The notes under the pieces are model-generated. The model saw only the letters and a list, made by a program, of their open reading frames with translations. It ran no database searches and had not been told where the DNA came from. Source: a virus (lineage: Duplodnaviria; Caudoviricetes). From it: a stretch of DNA of 64,000 nucleotides. Every line of letters starts with the position of its first letter. Position 1 is the stretch's first letter. Made by a program: the position numbers and the translations under genes. Positions 48,658 through 57,704 of this stretch are shown piece after piece. Location: IMG/VR virus record IMGVR_UViG_3300022752_000013; one strand, written 5' to 3'.

Positions 48658-49888
48658 AAAGCCCAAAATAGCAGAAGTAGAAACTGTAAATCCTGAGCAT
48701 GACAAACTCCTAGAGGTACTAAAGTTCACGCCACGCACCTACAAAATCAGCATGTGGGGCTATGGTGGCGAAAAAGTCATGGGCACAGTGGACCGTGCGG
48801 TATGGGACTACTGCATGGAACACCAAGTTGATCTTTCTGAAATTGCCTGGAGCGATGAAGAAACTGTGCAAGATGACATGAACCTTGATGTGGACCGGTT
48901 GCCATTCCCTCCAGGCTCCTGGTATGAATGTGATGACATGGCACATGTCAATGGCGTTAGCCGCAATGCCGGTACACTACAGATTGAAGATGAAACTGGT
49001 GCTGTAGTATTTGAACGGAGATTAGAAGATATGGATGGAGGCAGTGACGATAGCCCCGAATGGTCATGCAATGACGAAGCCTGGGTTGGCAGTAAGCCCG
49101 CTGGCACAGTGGTGTTCATCGGTACCAGCAATGAAAAAGGCACATTCTTTGAAGGCAATATTGAACTTACACAACCATTTGACATTACCAAACTAACTCT
49201 GGGCTACGATGACATTGACGGTGAGGAACTGGTCAACAGCGTGACCTATGATGATGAAGACATTGATAACTTTGGTGGTAGTACAGATGGTAAGAGTTCA
49301 GACTTTGGAATGTATCTTGTGATGGATAACAACACCTGGGAAACTTATGCGCCCGAAGAAAAAGACTGGGGTCATCCTCCGCATGGATCAAGTCCCAGCA
49401 CTTGGGAACGATCTGAGACATTTAAGTTTACAAAAGTCCAACCCACACTGCCTGGCTATTACAGTTGTACATGGAAGCACTTTGGCACAACATATGGCAC
49501 AGCATACTGGGATGGCACACAGTTTGGCGAATGGGAATACGGCAAGTTCAATCCTATTACAGGAGAGATTGTGACTTGGTCAGGATACAACTGGGACACC
49601 GGTTCATGGGTTAACCAACCACCAGAACCTGTAGATATTGCGTGTGACAATAAAAAATGCGGTTGGGTAGGAATGGCATCAGAGCGTCGTGAAGATGCAG
49701 ACTACAACGACCATTGCCCCGAATGCGATGGCACAGAGTTTACTTGGATTGACTATGATCCAGACTCAGCAGTTGGACGCAAGAATCGTGCTAAGTACTG
49801 CGAAGAGTGGGATCCTGCAATTGCAATGGATCGAATTGTAGCATCTGCAGATGAAGAACCGGCCAAGTGGCCAGCAACAAGACCTTAA
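48650..49888 (+). CDS. Acidic multidomain hypothetical protein with C-terminal Zn ribbon
   Basis: CDNKKC...CPEC. Confidence 0.7.
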   Translation: MPKKPKIAEVETVNPEHDKLLEVLKFTPRTYKISMWGYGGEKVMGTVDRAVWDYCMEHQVDLSEIAWSDEETVQDDMNLDVDRLPFPPGSWYECDDMAHVNGVSRNAGTLQIEDETGAVVFERRLEDMDGGSDDSPEWSCNDEAWVGSKPAGTVVFIGTSNEKGTFFEGNIELTQPFDITKLTLGYDDIDGEELVNSVTYDDEDIDNFGGSTDGKSSDFGMYLVMDNNTWETYAPEEKDWGHPPHGSSPSTWERSETFKFTKVQPTLPGYYSCTWKHFGTTYGTAYWDGTQFGEWEYGKFNPITGEIVTWSGYNWDTGSWVNQPPEPVDIACDNKKCGWVGMASERREDADYNDHCPECDGTEFTWIDYDPDSAVGRKNRAKYCEEWDPAIAMDRIVASADEEPAKWPATRP

Positions 49889-49899
49889 AGGAGAAAACT

Positions 49900-50589
49900 A
49901 TGAATGATACACTTGTATTTAATGATGAACAATACCGTTCAGCAGAACAAATCAACTCGGCCATGGGCCGTGTTTACGGACACATGAGTCTGGCAGTGAT
50001 TGTGAGTATGCTGGTCAGTTACTGGGTAGGAACCACACCAGAGTTGCTACAATTATTTTTCACAGGCATAACAAAATGGATTGTGATTTTTGCTCCGCTG
50101 GTGGCAATCTTTGGTGTGAGCATGGTGCTGGGTAATAACCCAAGCAAACCAGTAGCACAGTTATGCCTACATGGCTTTGCCGCTTTAATGGGTCTGAGTT
50201 TTTCAATGATCTTTGCTGTGTTTGCCATGGGGTCAATTGTGAGTGCCTTTATGGGTGCGGCCATCTTGTTTGGTGTAATGAGTGGATATGGCTACTTTAC
50301 CAAACGCAGTCTTGACAGCATGGGCAAGTTTATGATTGTAGGTTTGATCGCCATCTGTATTGCCAGTATTGTGAACATCTTTATTGGCAGCACCGTGATG
50401 CAGATGGTGATCTCCGCACTGGCTATCATTATCTTCTTGGGACTTACTGCCTATGACACACAACAGATCCGTGAAGAACTCAGTGTAGAAACTACTGATG
50501 CCGCAGAAGTGCGTGGTGCGTTGACCTTGTACATGGACTTTATCAACTTGTTCTTGAATTTGTTACAACTGTTTGGCGATAGAAAATAA
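49900..50589 (+). CDS. Bax inhibitor-1/YccA-family membrane protein
   Basis: Seven TM segments, AYDTQ, ALTLYMDFINLF; SD AAGGAG. Confidence 0.9.
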   Translation: MNDTLVFNDEQYRSAEQINSAMGRVYGHMSLAVIVSMLVSYWVGTTPELLQLFFTGITKWIVIFAPLVAIFGVSMVLGNNPSKPVAQLCLHGFAALMGLSFSMIFAVFAMGSIVSAFMGAAILFGVMSGYGYFTKRSLDSMGKFMIVGLIAICIASIVNIFIGSTVMQMVISALAIIIFLGLTAYDTQQIREELSVETTDAAEVRGALTLYMDFINLFLNLLQLFGDRK

Positions 50590-50617
50590 ACATTACTGAT
50601 TTTAGAACAACAATAAG

Positions 50618-50646
50618 TTGACACGCCACCACTTTCTTTGTATAAT
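50618..50646 (+). promoter_or_regulatory. Consensus sigma70 promoter
   Basis: TTGACA-N17-TATAAT. Confidence 0.9.
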
Positions 50647-50654
50647 GTACATGT

Positions 50655-50818
50655 GCATGAGCAAGGAGATTGGTGGCGATCTAATGGTATGAGCGGGGTG
50701 ATCGATTCGCCCGGGCCCGACATAACCGTGGCAGGTAGATATAATGCCCACAAGGTTGAGACACTGTCCAAGACTCAGCAATGAGTCAAAACCGGCTGGT
50801 ACCCGGTGTATGCTCAAG
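50655..50818 (+). ncRNA. Candidate structured non-coding RNA or long structured leader
   Basis: Closing helix TGAGCA/TGCTCA, T-loop-like arm, GNRA hairpin and further stems, directly after a consensus promoter. Confidence 0.5.
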
Positions 50819-50846
50819 TTGGAAATCACAGTGAAAGGAAGTTTAA

Positions 50847-51164
50847 ATGTCTGTTAAAATAGAAGCCTCTGACGCCATGCTTCCGTCCCTTGACTCTCTT
50901 AAAACAACGGCTTTGCCCATGCACAAATTATATTTTGAATTGAGTGATGTTGACACATGGTATACTATCATGCGAGAAGCACGGGCTCAGTTTGGCAAGA
51001 ACTGGCGTAGTCAAGCACATGTCAAACGACGACTAGAACATGCCAATCTCTGGCGTCTAGGAGGCTCCACAGAACGTGTGTGGTTTGAAGTGCCAGATCC
51101 CAAGTTTGGCACCTGGATAGCAATTAAACATGCTGTTAGACAAGTCGAACCCACCGGTAAATAA
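50847..51164 (+). CDS. Hypothetical protein
   Basis: SD GAAAGGA; VWFEVPD..F.TW. Confidence 0.65.
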   Translation: MSVKIEASDAMLPSLDSLKTTALPMHKLYFELSDVDTWYTIMREARAQFGKNWRSQAHVKRRLEHANLWRLGGSTERVWFEVPDPKFGTWIAIKHAVRQVEPTGK

Positions 51165-51170
51165 TACTCT

Positions 51171-52694
51171 ATGATATTTGGTTTCAGCATCCTGTTCACT
51201 GCAATCTTGCTCAGTTGTGTGGCCGCTTACTACTCGGTAGCAGGTCTTACTGCTATATTCTCCGCGGCAACTATTCCTGTGATCATCATGGGCGGTAGTC
51301 TTGAACTTGGCAAGATTGTGGCCACTGTTTGGTTGCATAACAACTGGAAACGGGCTGGGTTCTTGTTCAAGGCATATCTAGTACCTGCGGTCATGTTCTT
51401 GATGCTGTTGACCTCAATGGGCATCTTTGGATACCTTTCCAAAGCACACTCAGATCAAAGTCTAGTATCAGGCGACTCAATTGCAAAGGTGGCAATCTAT
51501 GATGAAAAGATCAAAATATCTCGTGACAATATTGATGCCAACCGCCGAGCACTTAAACAGATGGATGAGGCAGTGGACCAAGTTATGGGCCGAAGCCAAG
51601 ATGAAAAAGGTGCCGACAAAGCAGTTGCAATACGAAGAGGCCAGCAAAAAGAACGGGCTAGGATACTTGTTGACATTGAAGCCGAACAGAAAAAAATTAC
51701 TAGCCTCAATGAAGAGCGGGCACCACTAGCGGCCGAGTTCCGTAAGGTTGAGTCGGAAGTAGGCCCAATCAAATACATTGCGGCCTTGGTGTATGGTGAC
51801 AACCCTGACTCAAATGTACTAGAGCGAGCAGTACGTCTTGTTATTATCATGATTGTGTTGGTGTTTGATCCACTGGCCTTGACCTTAATCTTAGCCGCCA
51901 ACAAACAATTCCAATGGGCTAGAGAAGGCACAGGCGGCTTCGTACATGACGAGCCCCGGTACGAGCCCGACGATGGTCCACTAACTCAAGACCAAATTGA
52001 TCAACTTGATAAATCTGCACAAGCATTTCGAACAGAGCCGCCCGACGATCCTATACCTTGCAACAAGTGCGGCACTAACTTAGTAGATGCGCCGGGTATT
52101 GGCTTGTTTTGCCCTAATAAAGAATGTGATGTTATAGACAATGTCAACGGTGAGCAACCTGTTAAGTTCGCACCAATTGAAATGGAATACAAGTTTATAG
52201 ACGAACACCACGAACCGGACCATGAGCCAGATTTACATGTATACGACGATGAAACTGATGCAGAAAAAGAAGCCAAGAGATTGTGGAAAGCAGTGCATCC
52301 TGACGGAACTATAAAAGAGCAAAGGCGCCTGCACGAAACAGGTGCTATAGACACATTACCCTGGCAAGATTATATCAATCTACGTGCAGACAATGATGGC
52401 AACCTTTTGAGCACTGGTCGATTGTTAGGCTTTGGTATCAAGTTTCCTGAAAATTCTGTCAAAGGTGACTCATTTATTAGAGTGGATCAAATGCCCAGTG
52501 CCTTGTACAAATACAATGGTTCTAAGTGGATCGAGGTTGACAAAGGACTTAGCGACCAGTATGCTTACGACACAGCCTATATTGATCACTTGATCGAGAA
52601 ACTGACCACAGGCGAATACGACCCTGAACTATTAAACGACGCAGAAAGAGAACAAGTGGCACAACGCTTACAAAACAACAACAAAGGTGCATGA
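51171..52694 (+). CDS. Membrane-anchored coiled-coil protein
   Basis: N-terminal TMs, coiled coil, VFDPLA TM, CNKC...C....C. Confidence 0.75.
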   Translation: MIFGFSILFTAILLSCVAAYYSVAGLTAIFSAATIPVIIMGGSLELGKIVATVWLHNNWKRAGFLFKAYLVPAVMFLMLLTSMGIFGYLSKAHSDQSLVSGDSIAKVAIYDEKIKISRDNIDANRRALKQMDEAVDQVMGRSQDEKGADKAVAIRRGQQKERARILVDIEAEQKKITSLNEERAPLAAEFRKVESEVGPIKYIAALVYGDNPDSNVLERAVRLVIIMIVLVFDPLALTLILAANKQFQWAREGTGGFVHDEPRYEPDDGPLTQDQIDQLDKSAQAFRTEPPDDPIPCNKCGTNLVDAPGIGLFCPNKECDVIDNVNGEQPVKFAPIEMEYKFIDEHHEPDHEPDLHVYDDETDAEKEAKRLWKAVHPDGTIKEQRRLHETGAIDTLPWQDYINLRADNDGNLLSTGRLLGFGIKFPENSVKGDSFIRVDQMPSALYKYNGSKWIEVDKGLSDQYAYDTAYIDHLIEKLTTGEYDPELLNDAEREQVAQRLQNNNKGA

Positions 52695-53902
52695 TGGCAT
52701 CAGATTTACACAACACCTGCAGTTTCTGCGGTAAACATAAAGACTCGGTAAAAAAACTCATAGTAGGCGAAAAAGTAGGCATTTGCAATGAATGTGTTGA
52801 TTTTTGTCAAGGACTATTGGTTGATGAAAAACCACAAACAGTTTCAGATCAAGCAATAGCACCTAAAAAATTAGATCCTGTTGTACTCAAAGAATACCTA
52901 GACCAGTATGTGATTGGTCAAGACTCAGCCAAGATCATGTTGAGTGTGGCCATTGTGAATCACTACAAGCGCATCAACAAAATCACAAACGAACCCGAAC
53001 TAGAAAAAGCCAATGTACTCATGCTTGGCCCTACAGGATCGGGCAAGACCTTGTTGGCCAAGTCGGTGGCCCGTTATCTTGATGTACCATTTGCTATTGC
53101 AGATGCCACCAGTATTACTGAAGCAGGCTATGTGGGTGATGACGTGGAAAGTCTTATCACAAGATTGTATACTGCCGCCGATGGCGATATCAACCGAACA
53201 CAACGTGGTATTATTTTTGTGGATGAGATTGACAAGATTGCTCGCAAAGGTGAGAGTGCCAGTATCACACGAGATGTAAGCGGAGAGGGTGTTCAACAGG
53301 CTCTGCTCAAGATGGTAGAAGGTACTGTGTGCCGTGTACCTGCAGGTGGCGGCCGAAAGCACCCAACTGGTGACATGATTGAAATTGATACCAAGAATAT
53401 TTTGTTTATTGCTGGTGGTGCATTTGTGGGCCTGGACAACATTGTTAAAAATCGTGTGCAAGGCACAAGCATTGGATTTGGTGCCCAGGTAGAAAGCAAT
53501 ACAGATGCCAATCTCTCTCTTACCACACCCGACGACCTGGTCAAGTATGGTATGATTCCTGAGTTTGTGGGTCGATTTCCTAACTGGGTTAGCCTACAAG
53601 AACTGTCCAAAGAAGACTTGGTACATATTCTTACAGGGGTAAAAAACAATTTTGTTGAGCAGTACAAGTGGTTGTTTGCCGAAGATGGTGTAGAGTTACA
53701 GTTTACAGAGTTAGCCTTGGATACTATTGCTGAACGTACTTTGAGCAGTAAAACAGGTGCCCGTGGTCTGCACAGTGAACTAGAACGTGTGCTGATGCCA
53801 CACATGTACAATCTCAAACGTTATCCGGGAATAGGTATTAGGTGCGTAGAAATTGGACCTGCTTTGGTAAATATTCCTATAGCACTAGAAGGCACAAATT
53901 GA
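52691..53902 (+). CDS. clpX: ClpX ATPase/unfoldase
   Basis: CSFCGK Zn-binding domain, [39 protein letters not shown]. Confidence 0.95.
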   Translation: MMASDLHNTCSFCGKHKDSVKKLIVGEKVGICNECVDFCQGLLVDEKPQTVSDQAIAPKKLDPVVLKEYLDQYVIGQDSAKIMLSVAIVNHYKRINKITNEPELEKANVLMLGPTGSGKTLLAKSVARYLDVPFAIADATSITEAGYVGDDVESLITRLYTAADGDINRTQRGIIFVDEIDKIARKGESASITRDVSGEGVQQALLKMVEGTVCRVPAGGGRKHPTGDMIEIDTKNILFIAGGAFVGLDNIVKNRVQGTSIGFGAQVESNTDANLSLTTPDDLVKYGMIPEFVGRFPNWVSLQELSKEDLVHILTGVKNNFVEQYKWLFAEDGVELQFTELALDTIAERTLSSKTGARGLHSELERVLMPHMYNLKRYPGIGIRCVEIGPALVNIPIALEGTN

Positions 53903-54120
53903 AACTACACGGAAGATCAGTAATAGTAACAGATGGCAATGTTGAACGAGCCTTGCGCAAGTTCAAAAAGAAAATTGCAGAATCTAACTTGATAAATGAT
54001 CTCCGTGACCGTGAGTTTTATGAAAAGCCCACTACCGAGCGCAAACGCAAAAAATCAGCCGCTAAGAATCGCTGGCGCAAAAAATTAGCAGATCAACAAC
54101 TGCCTCGAAAACTCTACTGA
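53899..54120 (+). CDS. rpsU: 30S ribosomal protein bS21
   Basis: TTG start; [26 protein letters not shown]; TAAATA at 53868. Confidence 0.93.
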   Translation: MKLHGRSVIVTDGNVERALRKFKKKIAESNLINDLRDREFYEKPTTERKRKKSAAKNRWRKKLADQQLPRKLY

Positions 54121-54362
54121 TGTTTATTGAGTTCCAGTTACTGGATCAACCAGGAATGCCATTGCACCTGATAAAAAAAGAACTAGACAAATGGAGTGAA
54201 CGTTACAACATTCCCTACACCAGTAAAACAGTCAAGTACACACATCGAGTGTGTTTCGAACAAGATAATCTATATAATTTCTTTGTAATGAGTTGGAATC
54301 CCAATGGAATTGATTGCTTGAATCAATATGTGGTTGTGTCTGACCGAAACAATAGACAATAA
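54120..54362 (+). CDS. Hypothetical protein
   Basis: TGATG coupling. Confidence 0.65.
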   Translation: MFIEFQLLDQPGMPLHLIKKELDKWSERYNIPYTSKTVKYTHRVCFEQDNLYNFFVMSWNPNGIDCLNQYVVVSDRNNRQ

Positions 54363-54388
54363 ATGAGATTTCGTGTATAAATACACTT

Positions 54389-54445
54389 GTAGATGCCCAT
54401 GGTGGGGTCTACAACAAAGTCATATCTTGCTATAAGGAGAAAAAC
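54389..54445 (+). promoter_or_regulatory. ROSE-like RNA thermometer leader downstream of TATAAATA (54376-54383)
   Basis: 5' hairpin GTAGA..TCTAC; TCTTGCT (54425) able to pair with SD AGGAGA (54435). Confidence 0.6.
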
Positions 54446-54898
54446 ATGACAAATTCTAAAACTCTGACTCTACGTTCTTTTGACGTTCCCCAACTGCACA
54501 AATTTGGTATTGGTTTTGACCACCTGTTCGACGATCTAATGCGTGTGAGCAGTCTGCAAAGCAATTCAAATTATCCCCCACACAATGTGATCAAGACTGG
54601 TGACGACACAGTTACCATCGAAGTCGCTGTGGCCGGTTTTGCAGAAGGTGAAATCGACATTGCGTTGGAAAAACGCATGCTCACTATTACAGGTGCTCGC
54701 AAACTTGCGGAAGATCACACCCACGAGTATCTACACCGTGGCATTTCCAGCCGAGACTTCAAACACACATTTACCCTTGCAGAACATGTGGAAGTCAAAA
54801 GCGCCGCCATTAAGGATGGTATTTTAGCAGTTGCCCTTGAGCGCGAGGTTCCAGAAGAAGCCAAGCCTAAAACTATTGCTATCGCATACAATTCCTAA
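54446..54898 (+). CDS. Small heat-shock protein (IbpA/Hsp20 family)
   Basis: YPPHNV, IEVAVAGF, YLHRGIS.R.F, DGIL. Confidence 0.95.
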   Translation: MTNSKTLTLRSFDVPQLHKFGIGFDHLFDDLMRVSSLQSNSNYPPHNVIKTGDDTVTIEVAVAGFAEGEIDIALEKRMLTITGARKLAEDHTHEYLHRGISSRDFKHTFTLAEHVEVKSAAIKDGILAVALEREVPEEAKPKTIAIAYNS

Positions 54899-54957
54899 TA
54901 TAATAGTGTAAATACAGTAGCGGGACTGTCCCGCTACTGAACAAACAAGGATAAGAA

Positions 54958-55269
54958 ATGTCGCAAGCAGAAACTATTGTAGCAACAAGAACAAAAAACG
55001 CCGTCAAAGAACCAAGTCTGTATCGGGTCATCTACCTCAACGACAACACAACCACAATGGAATTTGTTGTGGAAACCTTGATAGAATTCTTTGGCTATAC
55101 TGAAGAAACAGCCGCACAAATCACTGTGGACATACATGATGCAGGATCGGCCACTGTGGCAGTGTTGCCGTTTGAGATTGCTGAACAAAAGGGCGGAGAA
55201 GTCACCCTGAGTGCTAGATCACAAAACTTCCCTTTACAAGTCAGAATTGAGCCTGACGTTACCAATTAA
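54958..55269 (+). CDS. clpS: ClpS N-degron adaptor
   Basis: YRVIYLNDNTTTMEFVV, IHDAGSA, FEIAEQK, FPL. Confidence 0.93.
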   Translation: MSQAETIVATRTKNAVKEPSLYRVIYLNDNTTTMEFVVETLIEFFGYTEETAAQITVDIHDAGSATVAVLPFEIAEQKGGEVTLSARSQNFPLQVRIEPDVTN

Positions 55270-56062
55270 TTTCAATTCGCTTGGGATAATACACATGATT
55301 GCGATGCGGAGTGTCACCACGTCCGCGGCAATTGTTGACATAACGTATGCCATTTAATGTTCGATCAACTGTGCCGTGATAGTGTCCAAAACACCAGGTG
55401 TGTATTTTGTGTTCAGTATCGTTGGTATGTACCAGGCGCATGAGTCTGTTGCCCATGCAATTAAAATGATAATTGCCCGCTAGATCTATATCGTGTTGAA
55501 TAAGTTCTGCATTGGGCACAGTATGAGTCACAATCACAATCTTCTTTACATCTTGATGAGTTTGCAGTCGTTGTACACTACTCACTAGATAAGCCGCATC
55601 TGTTCTGGCAGCATCTTGTATGCTTTGTGTATCAACCACAACTTCTGGATGTCTTGCTTCGTAGGTATCTTTCATCCATTTTTTGCTACCATCCATGTCT
55701 AGCGTTTCGTCTAGATCAAATCCCCACCACCCATTGGTGCCCAGTATAGCCACACCGTCAATTACCACAACATTGTCCTGCAGATAAGTCAGCCTTGGAA
55801 TTCTACGTATGGCTTGGTTAAGGTCACGATAACTTGAACCTAGATCATTTAATCGATACCGATGTTCGTCATTGCCATCTATATAAAACACTGCGGCATA
55901 GCAGTCAGAAAGATGTTTTAAGAACTTCTTAACAGTGGCATAATCTCTGGAAATATCGCCAGCCACCACGCACACTGGACTTGTGGCTTGTCCAGAAAAG
56001 TTTAGTTCTTCGTTCCATGTTTCCAGATGTAGGTCGGAAATTAAATCAAATGTCATTGTCAT
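55259..56062 (-). CDS. Calcineurin-like metallophosphoesterase
   Basis: SDLH, AGD, DGNDEH, THTVP, FGHYH. Confidence 0.88.
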   Translation of the reverse strand: MTMTFDLISDLHLETWNEELNFSGQATSPVCVVAGDISRDYATVKKFLKHLSDCYAAVFYIDGNDEHRYRLNDLGSSYRDLNQAIRRIPRLTYLQDNVVVIDGVAILGTNGWWGFDLDETLDMDGSKKWMKDTYEARHPEVVVDTQSIQDAARTDAAYLVSSVQRLQTHQDVKKIVIVTHTVPNAELIQHDIDLAGNYHFNCMGNRLMRLVHTNDTEHKIHTWCFGHYHGTVDRTLNGIRYVNNCRGRGDTPHRNHVYYPKRIEINW

Positions 56063-56086
56063 GATACATATTTAAAAGGAATTGCA

Positions 56087-56455
56087 ATGAACATAATATT
56101 TGGAACAGAAATGGCAAACAAGGCGCAAGACCGTTATACAGTGCTTGAGTTGGATACTTTTAACCTAGTGCCAACAGATGAAATCACCACTGCGTATTGT
56201 TTAGTTGAAACCATACCCATACAAGAAATACCTTCCATTGAGAGCCACAAAGATTTACATGCTAATCTGCTTGTAGAATATAGAAAACGCAACTGGAAAT
56301 ATTGTGAAGATGCCATTGAGTATTTGACCGGCAAATGGGGCGGCGAAGCAGATACTTTTTATAGTGAATTACACCAGCGCATACAAAATCTCAAACAAAC
56401 AGATCTTACAGAAGATTGGACGGGCCGATTGGATAAGACCGTCGAAGTTGTCTAA
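56087..56455 (+). CDS. Hypothetical helical protein
   Basis: 122 aa, SD AAGGA. Confidence 0.7.
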   Translation: MNIIFGTEMANKAQDRYTVLELDTFNLVPTDEITTAYCLVETIPIQEIPSIESHKDLHANLLVEYRKRNWKYCEDAIEYLTGKWGGEADTFYSELHQRIQNLKQTDLTEDWTGRLDKTVEVV

Positions 56456-57704
56456 CAAACTGTGTTTTCTCTTTTCGTCCTAAAAAATGCTGAATTCCAT
56501 TATTATTTTTAAGTAATTTTAAAAATTCTAAATAGTATTTGCCTCGAGTTTGCTTGACTTGATCACAAGCCAAATCTAAGTTGTTTTTCAATTCATCTCT
56601 GACTTGATTGAAAAACTCATTGCTGAAAAAATGTTTCTTATTAAAATCTACAATTCTTTTTACTTCTTGGGAAAAATCCTCAAGTTCCTGGCCTTGTAGG
56701 TCTTGTATTTGCTTCATGGATTTTATAATTTTTTCTAGACGCTTTAAACTGTCGGTTTCTTGATCATAGGATTCGTCAATCCAGGGAGCAAATGTTTTGA
56801 ATCCATAACTTCTTATGTATTCTAAGGAACCAGAACCACTGACCAGTATAAAAGGGTGTCCGCAGGCAATAGGCCTGAGAGTTTTTTCTGTTAAATGTAT
56901 TCTATTGTCATCAAACACAGTTTCTAAAACCACACTAATTTCAGTGTTTACAAAATCAACATAGTCATAATCTGCACTAGAGGTGCTGGGAAAATTGTTG
57001 TTTTTGATTTGATTGATTGACTCTGGAGCAGTTAATTCAAAACTGGTGTTTTTAAATTGATGTTGTGAAAAATGTACACCTTCGCTGTTGATATGCATTA
57101 CACTGGTTTGGCTGACCCTGTCAAGATTGTGTTCTACCAGCATTTCTAAAAACTTCAACCGATACTCTCTACGATGGCTCCAATCTCTACAGTAAATTAG
57201 AAATTTATTTTGAGGTCTTGAATTGATTTTTAGCCGTATGTCATACTCGGCAAACCTATACCAATCTCTGGCAATAACAGCATGTGCCCAATAGTGTATG
57301 CATATAAACCCATTCAGGTGATATTGTGCCAAGTCATTGGAATTTTTTTCAGAATGAAGCAAAATCACCTGATCATACATAGTTCCAGATTCTGAATACA
57401 CGTGAGTTTTTAGATTGAATCCAGCAAACAATGATAATTTTAAAGTGTCAATTAACGGATGATTACTGCTTTTGTTCAAAAAATCTTGATATTGTTCTGG
57501 TTGGTTGTAAAAATTCCAATCTAATAATTCTTGATCATTACATATAATCACTGGATATTTGTAAAAAGTTTCTTGATTGTAATTGCGTAACCGATTACAA
57601 TCTGAAATATTTTTACTGCCGTGTGGATGGAATACATATAGAACTACCGGCTGAGGGGATAAACCTTCTACCCAGTTATACAGATTATCTAAAGGAATAC
57701 TCAT
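56406..57704 (-). CDS. Putative GT-B (GT10-like) glycosyltransferase; paralog of 61924-62991
   Basis: ETVF...LTEKTLRPI..GHPF...GFKTF..WIDESYD. Confidence 0.5.
   Translation of the reverse strand: MSIPLDNLYNWVEGLSPQPVVLYVFHPHGSKNISDCNRLRNYNQETFYKYPVIICNDQELLDWNFYNQPEQYQDFLNKSSNHPLIDTLKLSLFAGFNLKTHVYSESGTMYDQVILLHSEKNSNDLAQYHLNGFICIHYWAHAVIARDWYRFAEYDIRLKINSRPQNKFLIYCRDWSHRREYRLKFLEMLVEHNLDRVSQTSVMHINSEGVHFSQHQFKNTSFELTAPESINQIKNNNFPSTSSADYDYVDFVNTEISVVLETVFDDNRIHLTEKTLRPIACGHPFILVSGSGSLEYIRSYGFKTFAPWIDESYDQETDSLKRLEKIIKSMKQIQDLQGQELEDFSQEVKRIVDFNKKHFFSNEFFNQVRDELKNNLDLACDQVKQTRGKYYLEFLKLLKNNNGIQHFLGRKEKTQFVRQLRRSYPIGPSNLL

Noticed and set aside
50670-50720. tRNA gene
   Set aside because: D-loop-like and T-loop-like parts are present but there is no anticodon arm, 7-bp acceptor stem or CCA; kept only as an ncRNA candidate.
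50735-50780. Group I intron remnant (AGATATAAT resembles the S element)
   Set aside because: The R-like GAGAC lies downstream rather than upstream and P7 cannot be formed.
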